Source: Nitrospiria bacterium
GTDB taxonomy: Bacteria > Nitrospirota > Nitrospiria > JACQCE01
Length of the DNA: 64,000 nt
Direction: 5' to 3'
Assembly: GCA_035517195.1 (NCBI GenBank)
Contig: DATIZH010000027.1
Span: 67,581 to 131,580 of the forward strand
Below are positions 50,954 through 62,518 of the stretch, piece by piece. The translations under genes and the position numbers were made by a program. How positions within the stretch are numbered: the stretch's first letter is position 1; each line of letters begins with the position of its first letter. The notes under the pieces are model-generated. The model was not told the origin of the DNA. It saw nothing but the letters and a program-made list of their open reading frames with translations, and did no database searches.

Positions 50954-53473
50954 TCAGACCGCGGTCTCCTGCTGCTGCACGGGCTCTTCTTTATACCCGC
51001 ACTCGGGCTGGCGGCAGACGACCTCGGCCCCGCGGGCCTTGGTGAACTTTTCGACCAGGAACGGCGCCCGGCATTGCGGACAGGGGCGCGCCACCGGCCG
51101 GTCCCAGAGGGCGAAGGTGCACTTGGGATAGCGGCTGCAGGCGTAGAACCGTTTGCCCCTCCGGCTCTGCTTTTCGACCAGCTTGCCATCGCATCCCTCC
51201 TGGGGACAGGCGACGCCGGTGGTCATCGACTGGGTGGTTTTGCAGTCGGGATAGCGGCTGCAGGCCAGAAACCGGCCGAACCGGCCCCGTTTGACGATCA
51301 TGGGAGAACCGCATTGCGGACATTGCTCGCTCGTGGTTTCGGCCGCCCGCTCGACAATTTTGATGACGCCGCCGGCCTCCTTGACGAATTCCTTGGTATT
51401 CCGGCAGTCGGGGTACCCGGAGCAGGCAAGGAAACTGCCGTGGCGGCCCCATTTGATGATCATCGGCTTGCCGCACTTCTCGCACTGATGCTCGGTCGGA
51501 ATCTCCCGCCGTTTGACATCCTGCATTTCGACCTGGGCCTTGGAGAGCCGTTTTTCAAACGGCTTGTAAAAATCTTCCATGACCTGCACCCAGCGAAGAT
51601 GTCCTTCCTCGATCTCGTCCAGTTCCTCCTCCATCTTCGCCGTGAAACGGACGGTGAAAATGTCGGGGAAATGCGTGATCAGCAGCTCGTTGACGACCTG
51701 CCCGAGCTCGGTCGGATGGAAGCGCCCCTCGATCTTGTCCACGTACTTGCGCTCCTGGATCGTGGAGATGATCGTCGCGTAGGTGCTGGGGCGGCCGATG
51801 CCGAGTTCCTCCAGCTCCTTGACCAGCAGCGCTTCGTTATAGCGGGGCGGCGGCTGGGTGAAATGCTGCTTTGGCTCGACCCCCAACAAGCGCAACCGGT
51901 CGCCCTGCTGAAGCGGCGGCAGGGCCATGCCTCCTTCAGCACGCTCTGCTTCATCCGTCTCGGACGCGGAGACGCCGGGTTTGGCGGCGGCGTCTGGAGA
52001 CGTTTCTTCCCTCGCCTCGGTATACAGCGTGGTAAAGCCGGGAAACTTCATCACCGTGCCGGTCGCCGTGAGCAGCGCGTGCCCCTGCGCGGCCTGGGCG
52101 GAGATCTCCGCCCGCGTTACATCGTACTGGGCCGGCGTCATCTGGCTGGCGACGAAACGCTGCCAGATCAGCTTGTAGAGTGCATAGGCGTCGCGCTCGA
52201 GCACCGTCCGGAGCTGGTCTGGGTGGCGATCGACCGCCGTAGGCCGGATCGCTTCATGGGCGTCCTGGGCCCCCTTCTTGTTCTTATAGACGTTGGGCCG
52301 CTCTGGCAGATAGGCGGCGCCGTGCTCTGTTTCGATGTAGCGGCGCGCCTCCGCCAGCGCCTCGTTGGAGATACGGGTCGAATCGGTCCGCATGTAGGTG
52401 ATCAGACCGACCGGCCCTTCTTTGCCCAACTCGACGCCTTCGTACAGCCGCTGGGCGATGGTCATGGTTTTTTTGGCCGTGAATCTGAGCTTGCGCACCG
52501 CCTCCTGCTGCAGTTTGCTGGTGGTAAAGGGCGGCAACGGATGACGGCGTTTTTCCTTCTTCTCGACTGACGTCACGGTCAGCGCCGCGCTCCGGATCAG
52601 CGCCGCGGCCTCCTCGGCCTGCGCCTGCGCCGTGAGGTTGATCGGTTCGCCGTTCAGCCTGGCCAGCTTGGCGGCGAAAGGGGGCGGGTCGGCTCCCTGC
52701 ACCGTGGCCGTCACCGACCAAAACTCTTCTTTGACGAAGGCGGTGATTTCCTTCTCACGCTCGCAGATCAGGCGCACCGTGACCGATTGCACCCGTCCCG
52801 CGCTCAGGCCGCGGCGGACTTTTTCCCACAACAACGGGCTCACCGTGTAACCGACGATCCGGTCCAGCACCCGCCGGGCCTGTTGCGCCTGGACCTTGTT
52901 CATGTCGATCCGCCCGGGGTTCGCGATCGCTTCCCGGACCGCCCGTTCGGTGATCTCGTGGATCAACACCCGGTACAGTTCGGGGCGTCTGCCGTTGAGC
53001 TCTTCGGCGATGTGCCACGCGATCGCCTCTCCCTCCCGGTCGGGGTCGGGAGCGAGATAGATCCTGGCGGCCTGCGCGGCCGCCGCCTTGATCTCATCCA
53101 CCACCTTCTGTTTGCCCTGGATCACGACATAATCGGGCCGGAATTCGTGTTTCACATCGATGCCGAGCTTGCTCTTGGGCAGGTCCTTGATGTGGCCCAC
53201 GGACGTTTTGACCATGAACTGCCGCCCCAGATACTTGCCCAGGGTCTTCGCCTTGGAGGGCGATTCGACGATGAGCAGGGACCGGCCCTTCATGGACGGC
53301 GGGGCACCCTGATTGGCGCGGTCGGCCGCTTTGGCGGATCGGGCGGGCCCCTTCCCCGCCCGGCCGCCCGCAGCCGTCCCCGTGCGGCCCCCGGTTCGAG
53401 GTCGCGCGGGGCCCCCTGGCCGGGTTGTGCGGCGGGGCCGATGAGCCGCGGACTGTTTCGCTCGTGGTGTCAT
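50954..53473 (-). CDS. topA: DNA topoisomerase I
   Basis: The TOPRIM region reads LLIVESPSKAKTLGKYLG... It is followed by the type IA core, with four C-terminal Cys4 zinc-ribbon motifs (CEKCGKPM...C, CPQCGSPM...C, CPQEGC...C and CPQCRAP...C). The track ORF includes a 60-aa Arg/Gly/Pro-rich N-terminal extension. An alternative start is ATG 53,293. Confidence 0.9.
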   Translation of the reverse strand: MTPRAKQSAAHRPRRTTRPGGPARPRTGGRTGTAAGGRAGKGPARSAKAADRANQGAPPSMKGRSLLIVESPSKAKTLGKYLGRQFMVKTSVGHIKDLPKSKLGIDVKHEFRPDYVVIQGKQKVVDEIKAAAAQAARIYLAPDPDREGEAIAWHIAEELNGRRPELYRVLIHEITERAVREAIANPGRIDMNKVQAQQARRVLDRIVGYTVSPLLWEKVRRGLSAGRVQSVTVRLICEREKEITAFVKEEFWSVTATVQGADPPPFAAKLARLNGEPINLTAQAQAEEAAALIRSAALTVTSVEKKEKRRHPLPPFTTSKLQQEAVRKLRFTAKKTMTIAQRLYEGVELGKEGPVGLITYMRTDSTRISNEALAEARRYIETEHGAAYLPERPNVYKNKKGAQDAHEAIRPTAVDRHPDQLRTVLERDAYALYKLIWQRFVASQMTPAQYDVTRAEISAQAAQGHALLTATGTVMKFPGFTTLYTEAREETSPDAAAKPGVSASETDEAERAEGGMALPPLQQGDRLRLLGVEPKQHFTQPPPRYNEALLVKELEELGIGRPSTYATIISTIQERKYVDKIEGRFHPTELGQVVNELLITHFPDIFTVRFTAKMEEELDEIEEGHLRWVQVMEDFYKPFEKRLSKAQVEMQDVKRREIPTEHQCEKCGKPMIIKWGRHGSFLACSGYPDCRNTKEFVKEAGGVIKIVERAAETTSEQCPQCGSPMIVKRGRFGRFLACSRYPDCKTTQSMTTGVACPQEGCDGKLVEKQSRRGKRFYACSRYPKCTFALWDRPVARPCPQCRAPFLVEKFTKARGAEVVCRQPECGYKEEPVQQQETAV

Positions 53474-53570
53474 ATCGGTTGAGCCGGATGAGCCGTAGGC
53501 TGATCCGTGTGCTTCCCTATTATAGCGTAAGATTAATTTTCGGCCAGTGGACCGGCGGCGCCCTCGAGCG

Positions 53571-54719
53571 CTACAGCGTCGACCGGCAATAAAACTGGCC
53601 CGGCAGTTGACGAACGGCCCCCTTCAGTTCCAGGGACACCAGCAGGGCGGCCACATGCTGGACCGGCCGGCCCGCCCTCGCGGCCAGTTCATCCATGTGA
53701 CGCGGCTCGTCCGTGACATGTCCCGCCAGCGCGCGTTCCTCCGTCGTCAACGCGGCGTCGGCGGCCGGCTGGGCGGCGGAGGTCGACCGTCGAAGAGGAC
53801 GCACGGCCGACGGGTCGATCTGCGCCGCCACCGCCTCAAGCATGTCCTCGACCCGTTCGACCAGCGTGGCGCCCGACTTGATCAAGCGGTTGGTGCCGAT
53901 GCTGCCGCCGACGCCCAGATTGCCCGGCACGGCAAACACTTCACGCCCCTGCTCCAGGGCGAGGCGCGCGGTGATCAATGAACCGCTCCGTTCGCCCGCT
54001 TCCACCACGAGCACGCCGAGCGCCAGGCCGCTGATCAGACGATTGCGCCGAGGGAAGTGATGCGCAAGCGGCGGGGCATTGGGGGGGAACTCCGTCAGCA
54101 AAACGCCGTCCCGCCCGATCGCCTCCTGCAACGTCCGATGTTCCAGCGGATAGATCTGATTCAGGCCGCAGCCCAGCACGGCGATCGTGTCGCCGCCGAC
54201 GTCCAACACCGCCTGTTGGGCCGCGCCATCGATGCCGCGGGCCAGCCCGCTGACCACCGTCATCCCCGCCAGCGCCAGCTCGCGGGCGAACCGTTCGGCC
54301 ACCAGTCTTCCGTAAGGGGAGGGTCGGCGGCTGCCGACGACTGCGATCGCGGCGGAGGCGATCTCGTTCCTGCCCCGGCGCCAGAGCGCAGGTGGTGGAT
54401 CGGGCATGTTCCTCAACCGGGCCGGGTAGGCGGCGTCCTCCGGCGTCAGGACCGCCATCGTTGATCGTTCCGACTCGAGGAGCCATCGCTCGGCCCATCG
54501 CACGCTCTCACCGTCGGCCAGCGCCCGCGCCGCAGGCCCGGACACGCCGGTCACCGACCCTAGTTCGTCAGCCGAGGTTCCCAGAATGGCCTCAGGCGCG
54601 CGGTAACGGGCCAGGAGCGCGGCGCAGCCGCGGGGCGTCAAACCCGTCGTCGAAGCAAGGGCCACCCAGGCCCTTCGCCGAATGGCGGCGTCTCCGCTGG
54701 CTGCCGGTGGCGGATTCAT
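53571..54719 (-). CDS. dprA: DNA-processing protein DprA (Smf)
   Basis: The sequence reads VVSGLARGIDGAAQQAVLDVGGDTIAVLGCGLNQIYPLEH..., FPRRNRLISGLALGVLVVEAGERSGSLITARLALEQGREVFAVPG. A C-terminal winged-helix region follows. Confidence 0.9.
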   Translation of the reverse strand: MNPPPAASGDAAIRRRAWVALASTTGLTPRGCAALLARYRAPEAILGTSADELGSVTGVSGPAARALADGESVRWAERWLLESERSTMAVLTPEDAAYPARLRNMPDPPPALWRRGRNEIASAAIAVVGSRRPSPYGRLVAERFARELALAGMTVVSGLARGIDGAAQQAVLDVGGDTIAVLGCGLNQIYPLEHRTLQEAIGRDGVLLTEFPPNAPPLAHHFPRRNRLISGLALGVLVVEAGERSGSLITARLALEQGREVFAVPGNLGVGGSIGTNRLIKSGATLVERVEDMLEAVAAQIDPSAVRPLRRSTSAAQPAADAALTTEERALAGHVTDEPRHMDELAARAGRPVQHVAALLVSLELKGAVRQLPGQFYCRSTL

Positions 54720-54742
54720 GAACGGATCGGACGGGCGGGAGA

Positions 54743-56296
54743 TCAGTCCGGGATGATTTCGAACTGCTCCATGTGCAGGGCGGGATCGTTTTTGACGATG
54801 ATCTTTTTCAGCAGTTCCTTTTCCAGCTCGTCCACAGACTTCCGCTCTTCATCGTAGAGCAGATTCGCCACCGTGGGGTGGACCGTCACCACGACCTTCT
54901 TTTCACGGGACGAAAAATCGAGCCGGCGCAGTTCCCTGAATATCTCGTAGCAGACCGTCTCGGGCGACTTGGTGTAACCCCGTCCCTCGCAATAGCTGCA
55001 CGGCTCGCTCAGGACCCGCAGCAGATCCTCACGCGTGCGCTCGCGGGACAATTCCACCAGGCCGAGTTCGGAGATTCTCAGGATATGGGTGCGCGCCTTG
55101 TCCTTGCTCATCGCCTCCTTAAAGGCGCCGAAGACCTTGTCGCGGTTCCTCCCCACCTCCATGTCGATGAAGTCGATGATGATCAACCCGCCGATGTTGC
55201 GCAGCCGCAACTGGTAGGCGATCTCCTTGGCCGCTTCCATGTTGGTCTTCAAAATCGTCTCTTCGAGGTTCCGTTTGCCCACGTACCGGCCGGTGTTCAC
55301 ATCGATCACCGTCAGCGCCTCGGTGTGGTCGATGACGATGTAGCCCCCCGACTTCAGCCAGACGCGCCGGCCCAGCGCCTTGGAGATCTCCAGCTCGATG
55401 CCGTAGGCGTCAAAAATCGGTTCGTCCCGGCTGTACAGCTCAATTTTGTGGCCGAGGTGGGGCAGATAGGTCTGCACGAACGTCTGAATCCGCTCGAATT
55501 CCGGCTTGGAGTCGATGACGAGCCGGTCCATCTTGTTGGTGAACAGGTCCCGCACGATGCGGAAGCTCAGATCGAGATCGGAGTGCAGCAGAGATGGCGC
55601 GGCCTGCCGCTCGCGTTTTTCCTGAAGCGTCTGCCAGACCCGGTCGAGAAATTCGATATCAGCGCGGATTTCTTCATCACTGACCCCCTCGCTGACCGTT
55701 CGAATGATGTAGCCCGCGCCGCTGCGGCGCTGTTGCTGGACCAGATCCCGCAGCCGACGCCGCTCCTCATCCCGGGCGATCCGCCTCGACACGCCGAGAT
55801 GATTGACCGTCGGCATGTAGACGAGGTAGCGGCCCGGGAATGACAGGTGGCCGGTGACGCGGGCGCCCTTCGTTCCAATCGGCTCCTTGCTGACCTGGAC
55901 CACGACCTCCTGTCCTTCCTGCAGCAGCTCCTCAATCGAGACGTTCTGGCGCCGCCGTGCTCGGGTTCTGGGACGCCGTTCTTCGGCTTCTTCGTCTTCT
56001 TCTTGCTGGCCACCGCCCTCCAGCTCCTCCTCCCCGGCCACCTCAAGTTGGGCCGCTTCCCCCTCCGGAAAGGCGGCAATATCGGAGACGTGAAGAAAGG
56101 CCGCCCGCTCCAAACCGATGTCGACGAACGCCGCCTGCATGCCGGGTAGCACCTTCGCCACCCGGCCCTTGTAGACGTTGCCGACAATCCCCTGGTCCCG
56201 TTTCCGGTCGATATAGAGCTCCGTCAGCACGCCGTTTTCCAACAGCGCGACGCGGGTCTCCTCTGGCACCGCATTGATGATGATTTCCATCGCCAT
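54743..56296 (-). CDS. rng: Rne/Rng-family ribonuclease (RNase G-like)
   Basis: The S1 region reads GNVYKGRVAKVLPGMQAAFVDIGLERAAFLHVSD. The catalytic core reads ...GGYIVIDHTEALTVIDVNTG... It sits downstream of mreBCD-mrdA-rodA, as in many bacteria. Confidence 0.85.
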   Translation of the reverse strand: MAMEIIINAVPEETRVALLENGVLTELYIDRKRDQGIVGNVYKGRVAKVLPGMQAAFVDIGLERAAFLHVSDIAAFPEGEAAQLEVAGEEELEGGGQQEEDEEAEERRPRTRARRRQNVSIEELLQEGQEVVVQVSKEPIGTKGARVTGHLSFPGRYLVYMPTVNHLGVSRRIARDEERRRLRDLVQQQRRSGAGYIIRTVSEGVSDEEIRADIEFLDRVWQTLQEKRERQAAPSLLHSDLDLSFRIVRDLFTNKMDRLVIDSKPEFERIQTFVQTYLPHLGHKIELYSRDEPIFDAYGIELEISKALGRRVWLKSGGYIVIDHTEALTVIDVNTGRYVGKRNLEETILKTNMEAAKEIAYQLRLRNIGGLIIIDFIDMEVGRNRDKVFGAFKEAMSKDKARTHILRISELGLVELSRERTREDLLRVLSEPCSYCEGRGYTKSPETVCYEIFRELRRLDFSSREKKVVVTVHPTVANLLYDEERKSVDELEKELLKKIIVKNDPALHMEQFEIIPD

Positions 56297-56324
56297 GGTC
56301 GTTGGACTCCTTACACTTGGGTTC

Positions 56325-57455
56325 TCAATGGAATAACAATAACCGCCTCATCCGCACATTCATGATCACCCCGAGCCCCGTCATCGTCACCACCATCGCG
56401 GTGCCGCCGTAACTCATCAAGGGCAGCGGGATGCCGACAACGGGCAGCAGGCCGGAGGTCATCGCCACATTGATGATCAGATTAAAGCCGATCATGGCCA
56501 CGACCCCGATCGCCAGGAGGCTGCCCAGCATGTCACGGGCCCGCATCGCGGCGTCCATGCCCAGCAGCAGAACGACCAGGTAGAGGCCGATGACGACGAT
56601 CGCACCGACAAACCCCCACTCCTCGGCCAGGACCGAGAAGACAAAATCGGTGTGTGCCTCGGGGAGAAACTTCAGCTGACTCTGCGTGCCCTCCTGAAAT
56701 CCTTTGCCGAACCATCCGCCGGAGCCGATGGCGATCTTGGACTGCATCAGGTGGTAGCTCTTGCCTTGCGGATCGGCCGATGGGTCCAGAAAGGTGACCA
56801 ACCGGTCGCGCTGATACCCCTTCAATGAATGCCAGACTCCCTGCCACAGGAAAGGGAAGAGCATGAAGAACAGCAGCGTTCCCACGACCAGCGTCCGCGA
56901 CCGGATGCCCACCACTGCCACCATCGCCAGAAAAAGAAACAACAGCGTGAGCGCCGTGCCCAGATCAGGCTGCTTCATCACCAGCGCCAGCGGCGCCAGC
57001 ATCAGCAACGCGGGCACCGTCAACTGCGCGATGCGATAGCCGCCCACAACCCGCCGCTCGGCAAAATAGGAGGCCAACACGAACAACACGGCCAGCTTGG
57101 CCAGCTCGGACGGCTGGATGGACAATCCGCCCACGTTGAGCCACCGTTGCGCGCCCTGACTGGACCGCCCCGCGACCAGCACCAGCAGGAGCAGGAGCAT
57201 GACCAGGCCGTAGCCAATATACGCATAGCGGGCCAGGACCCGGTAATCGACCACGGTCATCAGACCGAACGCCGCCCAGCCGAGCAACATCCAGTAAAAT
57301 TGCCGCTGATAGATCGGGGTCGTGCCGCCCCCAGCGACGCTGTAGAGACTGACCAGTCCGATCAGCAGAATCGCCGACGTGGCCGCCACCAGTCTCCAAT
57401 CGAAATTCGTCGGCACCCGACGGTCGCTGATGGCGCGCAGTCTCGACATGGTCAC
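56325..57455 (-). CDS. rodA: Peptidoglycan glycosyltransferase RodA (SEDS family)
   Basis: It is a polytopic FtsW/RodA/SpoVE-family sequence. It reads LQPSELAKL..., PDLGTAL..., KFLPEAHTDFVFSVLAEEWGFVGA... and GLLPVVGIPLPLMSYGGTAM. It overlaps mrdA by 4 nt. Confidence 0.9.
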   Translation of the reverse strand: MTMSRLRAISDRRVPTNFDWRLVAATSAILLIGLVSLYSVAGGGTTPIYQRQFYWMLLGWAAFGLMTVVDYRVLARYAYIGYGLVMLLLLLVLVAGRSSQGAQRWLNVGGLSIQPSELAKLAVLFVLASYFAERRVVGGYRIAQLTVPALLMLAPLALVMKQPDLGTALTLLFLFLAMVAVVGIRSRTLVVGTLLFFMLFPFLWQGVWHSLKGYQRDRLVTFLDPSADPQGKSYHLMQSKIAIGSGGWFGKGFQEGTQSQLKFLPEAHTDFVFSVLAEEWGFVGAIVVIGLYLVVLLLGMDAAMRARDMLGSLLAIGVVAMIGFNLIINVAMTSGLLPVVGIPLPLMSYGGTAMVVTMTGLGVIMNVRMRRLLLFH

Positions 57456-59335
57456 CCTCTCGTCGACCGTTTGACCGGCTTGGATTCGGTCACTTCGCCG
57501 GGCGGCGTCGTCCCTGGGGATGACGGCAGGGGCCGCAGATAGGATTCGATCATTTGCTTCGCGACCGGCGCCGCCGCCGATCCGCCGTGGCCCCCGTGCT
57601 CCACCAACACGGCGATGGCGATTTCGGGAGATTCGACCGGGGCGAACGCCACGAACCAGGCGTGGTCTTCAAATCCGCTGGGCGCCTTGACGCGACCGGC
57701 GCCGGCGGCCCCGACCACCTGCGCCGTCCCCGTTTTGCCGGCGATCGAAACCAGCTTCGAGCGGGCCGGGCCGCCGGTTCCATGCTCGCTCTCCACCACC
57801 GCGGTCAGGGCCCGGCGAAGGATTTGAAATGTCTTCGCGCCCACCGCCGCATCGGCCAGCCGCGTCGGCGGAAGCGTCTCCAACCGGCCGCTGTCTCGAT
57901 CCTGTATCGACTTGACCAGGTGGGGCTGGTAACGACGGCCGCCGCTGGCCACCGTCGCAATGAGATCGGCCATCTGCAACGGCGTGACGCCCACGTAACC
58001 CTGGCCGATGGCGACCGACAGCGTCTCACCCGGATACCAGGGTTCGCCCATCGCCTTCGCCTTCCAGTCGGTGGAGGGCACAATGCCGTGCCGTTCCGAG
58101 GCCAGGGCGATACCCGTGGGCTGTCCCAACCCGAACTCGGTCGCGTATTTGGCGATCGTGTCGACGCCCATCTCCGATCCCACCCGATAGAAATAGACAT
58201 CGCACGACTGGGCGATGGCATCATTCAAGTCGACGTCGCCGTGCCCGCCCGCTTTCCAGTCACGGAAAAAGCGCCGACCGAACTGCAGGCCACCCTGACA
58301 GAAGATGTGGTCTCCGGGACGGATCTGGCGCGATTCCAACGCGGCGGCCGCGACCGGGATTTTAAAGACCGATCCAGGCGGATACACCCCCTGGATGACG
58401 CGGTTGGTCAGCGGGTGCTCGGCATCATTCACCAGTTTCGTCCACTCGGCCGTGCTCATATTGCCGGAGAGAAGATTGGGGTCGACGGACGGATGGCTGA
58501 CCATGGCCAGCACATCGCCGGAATTCGGATCGACCGCCACCACCGCGCCGGCCCGCTCCCCCAACGCCGCTTCCGCCACGTGTTGCAGCTCCATATCGAT
58601 GGTCAGGTAGAGGTCGTCGCCCCTGACCGGTTCCACGGCATCAACCACCCGCCGCTCGTGACCCAAGGCATCCACCTCCACCCGCTTCATTCCGTCGCGG
58701 CCGCGAAGCCAGTGATCATAGCTCGCTTCCAGACCCGATTGCCCCACGATGGACCCCGGCGACAACGAGCTGTCCTTGGAGTTTTCGAGCTGTTCGGCCG
58801 TCACCTCGCCGACGTATCCCAGCAGGTGGGAAGCCATCGGACCGTACAGATAGCGGCGTCTGGCCTCCACTTCGATTTTCAGCCCCGACAGGCTCAATCG
58901 GTGGGCCTCGATCCGCGCCGCTTCGCTCAACGTGAGCCCTTGTTTGATCAGGACGGGCGCATACGCCGACCGGCGACGGCTGTTGATCCGGTCCCGGACC
59001 TCCTCCTCGGTCCACCCCAGGATGCGGCTGATCTCCGCGATCGTGGCGCCCGGGTCGGACATATCTTCCTCGACCACATAGAGATTGAGGCTGGGCACAT
59101 TCGTCACGAGGAGCCGGCCGGTCCGGTCATAGATCAGCCCGCGCGGCGCCTGGATCGGGACATGGCGGAGCCGGTTCTGCTCCGAGAGCTGGAGGTAGTA
59201 GTCGCCGTACCACACCTGCAGCCCCCAGAGCCGGACAACCAGCAGGGCCACAATGCCGCACATGACGACCGCCATCCAGAGCAGGCGGTCATGAAGCGCC
59301 TTGACCTGGTCCTGGGGGGACGAAATATAACTCAT
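57452..59335 (-). CDS. mrdA: Penicillin-binding protein 2 (elongasome transpeptidase)
   Basis: It has an N-terminal membrane anchor and a PBP dimerisation domain. The transpeptidase motifs are PPGSVFK, ..SxN-like and KTGTAQ. Confidence 0.9.
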   Translation of the reverse strand: MSYISSPQDQVKALHDRLLWMAVVMCGIVALLVVRLWGLQVWYGDYYLQLSEQNRLRHVPIQAPRGLIYDRTGRLLVTNVPSLNLYVVEEDMSDPGATIAEISRILGWTEEEVRDRINSRRRSAYAPVLIKQGLTLSEAARIEAHRLSLSGLKIEVEARRRYLYGPMASHLLGYVGEVTAEQLENSKDSSLSPGSIVGQSGLEASYDHWLRGRDGMKRVEVDALGHERRVVDAVEPVRGDDLYLTIDMELQHVAEAALGERAGAVVAVDPNSGDVLAMVSHPSVDPNLLSGNMSTAEWTKLVNDAEHPLTNRVIQGVYPPGSVFKIPVAAAALESRQIRPGDHIFCQGGLQFGRRFFRDWKAGGHGDVDLNDAIAQSCDVYFYRVGSEMGVDTIAKYATEFGLGQPTGIALASERHGIVPSTDWKAKAMGEPWYPGETLSVAIGQGYVGVTPLQMADLIATVASGGRRYQPHLVKSIQDRDSGRLETLPPTRLADAAVGAKTFQILRRALTAVVESEHGTGGPARSKLVSIAGKTGTAQVVGAAGAGRVKAPSGFEDHAWFVAFAPVESPEIAIAVLVEHGGHGGSAAAPVAKQMIESYLRPLPSSPGTTPPGEVTESKPVKRSTRG

Positions 59336-59835
59336 CGATCAACCAGCAGCGAGAGCTGTTCAGAACGCTCGTCCAGCCGCCCCCGCATCAGCCAGAGGCC
59401 GAGTGTGACGATCACGGCAGTATAGCACGCCTCCGGAGCGGCTGTCAGATAGAGCTCCCGCCAGCCCTCACCCGTGCGCCACCAGATTGTGAAGGTCATC
59501 CAGACGCCCTGCAGGAGGAATAACGCGAAGGCGAGTCCGCCGTGCGTGGTCGCATCGGCCAGCAGGAGTCGCCGGCCCAGCACCCCGCCGACCAGGCCAA
59601 TGCAGAGTTTTGCGGCCAACTGAGGACCGACCAGACCCCCGCTGAACCGGTCAATCAGCAATCCGACTATCATCCCTGCGGCACCGCCCGCCCATGGTCC
59701 CCCCAACAACCCGATGCCGTACACGATCGCGCCGGGCAGATCGGGACGGATACCCGCCACGGCGATCAGGCCGGCCACCTGCATTTGCAACGGCACGACG
59801 AGCAGGCACACACCGATCACCGTCAGCGCGTTCAC
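59332..59835 (-). CDS. mreD: Rod shape-determining protein MreD
   Basis: It is a small polytopic membrane protein between mreC and mrdA, with 4-nt overlaps on both sides. Confidence 0.75.
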   Translation of the reverse strand: MNALTVIGVCLLVVPLQMQVAGLIAVAGIRPDLPGAIVYGIGLLGGPWAGGAAGMIVGLLIDRFSGGLVGPQLAAKLCIGLVGGVLGRRLLLADATTHGGLAFALFLLQGVWMTFTIWWRTGEGWRELYLTAAPEACYTAVIVTLGLWLMRGRLDERSEQLSLLVDR

Positions 59836-60668
59836 CGGGAGCCCCCCGCGTCCACATCCATCAGGGGAAGCACCAGCACCTCCTCCAACCGGTTGAGATC
59901 GACGGCCGGCGCGAGCATCAATTGCTGACTGATGGCGTCCGGCATCCGTTCGATCGCCGTGACGGTGCCGATCCGCAGTTCCTTCGGAAACATGCCGGCC
60001 AAACCTGAAGTAATGACCAAGTCCCCGACCTGGACCGACGCCAATGTGGACACATACTTCATCCGAAGTTGCTTGCCGCCGGTCCCCTGGATCAGCCCTT
60101 CGTCCCGCCCGCGCTGGATCATGCCGGGCACGACGCTGTCCCGATCGGACACCAACAGCACCACGGCAGTCTTGGGCATCACCTTGATGACCCGTCCGAC
60201 CACGCCCTCTTGCACGGCGACCCCCATGTCCACCTTCACCCCGTCCCGCTGTCCACGATTGATCACCACGCTCTGGTACCAGTTGGTGGGATCGCGCCCG
60301 ATGACGTCGGCCACCATCGCCTGATCCGCGAGCGTCTTCCCGAACGCGGTCAGGGCGTCGCGCCGTCCGGAGGCGCTGAGTTGCTCTTGGAGATGGGTGA
60401 CTTCCTGCTCCAGACGGGCGACTTGATCCCGCAAACGGTGGTTTTCATCGCCGAGATTCCACAAATCGACGTATCGGTCCGTCCAATCGCCCGCGGCCGT
60501 CCGTATCCCGCCGATGGCGCGCTGGAGCCACGACTCGATCAGCAACAGCGGCTGTTCGATGATCAACAGGGGACGGCGCTGAATCTGAGGGGAGAAGAGG
60601 ACCAACAGGAAGGCCACGCCCGCCAGGATCGCCAACCCCCGCGTTCGGGTGAGCCACGACCAGCGCAT
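59832..60668 (-). CDS. mreC: Rod shape-determining protein MreC
   Basis: It has an N-terminal anchor, a coiled-coil region (ENHRLRDQVARLEQEVTHLQEQL) and a C-terminal beta-domain (GDLVITSGLAGMFPKELRIGTV). Confidence 0.85.
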   Translation of the reverse strand: MRWSWLTRTRGLAILAGVAFLLVLFSPQIQRRPLLIIEQPLLLIESWLQRAIGGIRTAAGDWTDRYVDLWNLGDENHRLRDQVARLEQEVTHLQEQLSASGRRDALTAFGKTLADQAMVADVIGRDPTNWYQSVVINRGQRDGVKVDMGVAVQEGVVGRVIKVMPKTAVVLLVSDRDSVVPGMIQRGRDEGLIQGTGGKQLRMKYVSTLASVQVGDLVITSGLAGMFPKELRIGTVTAIERMPDAISQQLMLAPAVDLNRLEEVLVLPLMDVDAGGSR

Positions 60669-60671
60669 GCG

Positions 60672-61727
<1,056 letters not shown>

Positions 61728-61960
61728 TTAAAGAACCTCGTCTGTTCGCCTCGTGCGAACGTGAGCGGCCACGTCCGATGCTCGATCCATCCAGTCACGG
61801 ATTCCCCGTCACTCTCCTGTCCGTTGAACGGGCAGGAACAGTGAGATGGGACGCGATCGGAAAGAAGCCTCATCGGGGTTCGCCGGCGCACGCCGCCTTG
61901 ACGCGAACTTGAATCCGACTGAGACCTCAAGGACCAGTCGACACTCGGTCCCCTCACCGG

Positions 61961-62518
61961 TCACCAGCCCGTACTGCGCACACTGCGCGCGTTCATGACC
62001 TGCGTCTGGGCGGCCTCGTCGCCAAGGCGTCGGCCCCGTTCGTTTCCCACCACCAGCAATCCCTCCAGCACGACCACCGCGCCGGCCAACAACCATCCGA
62101 TCCACGGGATGGCGGCCAGCACCATCGCCACGCCGAACGGCAGATTCCGCAGGATCGATTCGCGCAGGCCGACCGGCCGGCCGTCGACGGTGACCACCCG
62201 GATCCCGATCACAGCCTTCCCCATGCTGCGGCCCGGCATCACCCCGTCAGCGATCAGCAGGTAGGTGAGACCGGCGAAAAACCCCACCGGCTTGGCCACG
62301 TGGGCCAGCGCCGCCGCAGCCAGCAGATCGATGATGCGCGCAACCAAGCGCGGAAGATAGTCGGCTTTCAGGTCGAGGAGCCCGGCCCGGCCGCCGAGCT
62401 CTGCGGCCGGGAAAGGAGCCGTGTCGGGCCGTTCAGCCGTCTCTGGCGACCGTTGCCCGCCCCCCGGCGGCGCGTCATTGATCGACGCGGTACTGGATGT
62501 CGCTCCGCCGACACTCAC
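61961..62518 (-). CDS. RDD-family membrane protein
   Basis: The sequence reads RLVARIIDLLAAAAL..., GRSMGKAVIGIRVVTVDGRPVGLRESILRNLP... and two or three hydrophobic segments. Confidence 0.6.
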   Translation of the reverse strand: MSVGGATSSTASINDAPPGGGQRSPETAERPDTAPFPAAELGGRAGLLDLKADYLPRLVARIIDLLAAAALAHVAKPVGFFAGLTYLLIADGVMPGRSMGKAVIGIRVVTVDGRPVGLRESILRNLPFGVAMVLAAIPWIGWLLAGAVVVLEGLLVVGNERGRRLGDEAAQTQVMNARSVRSTGW

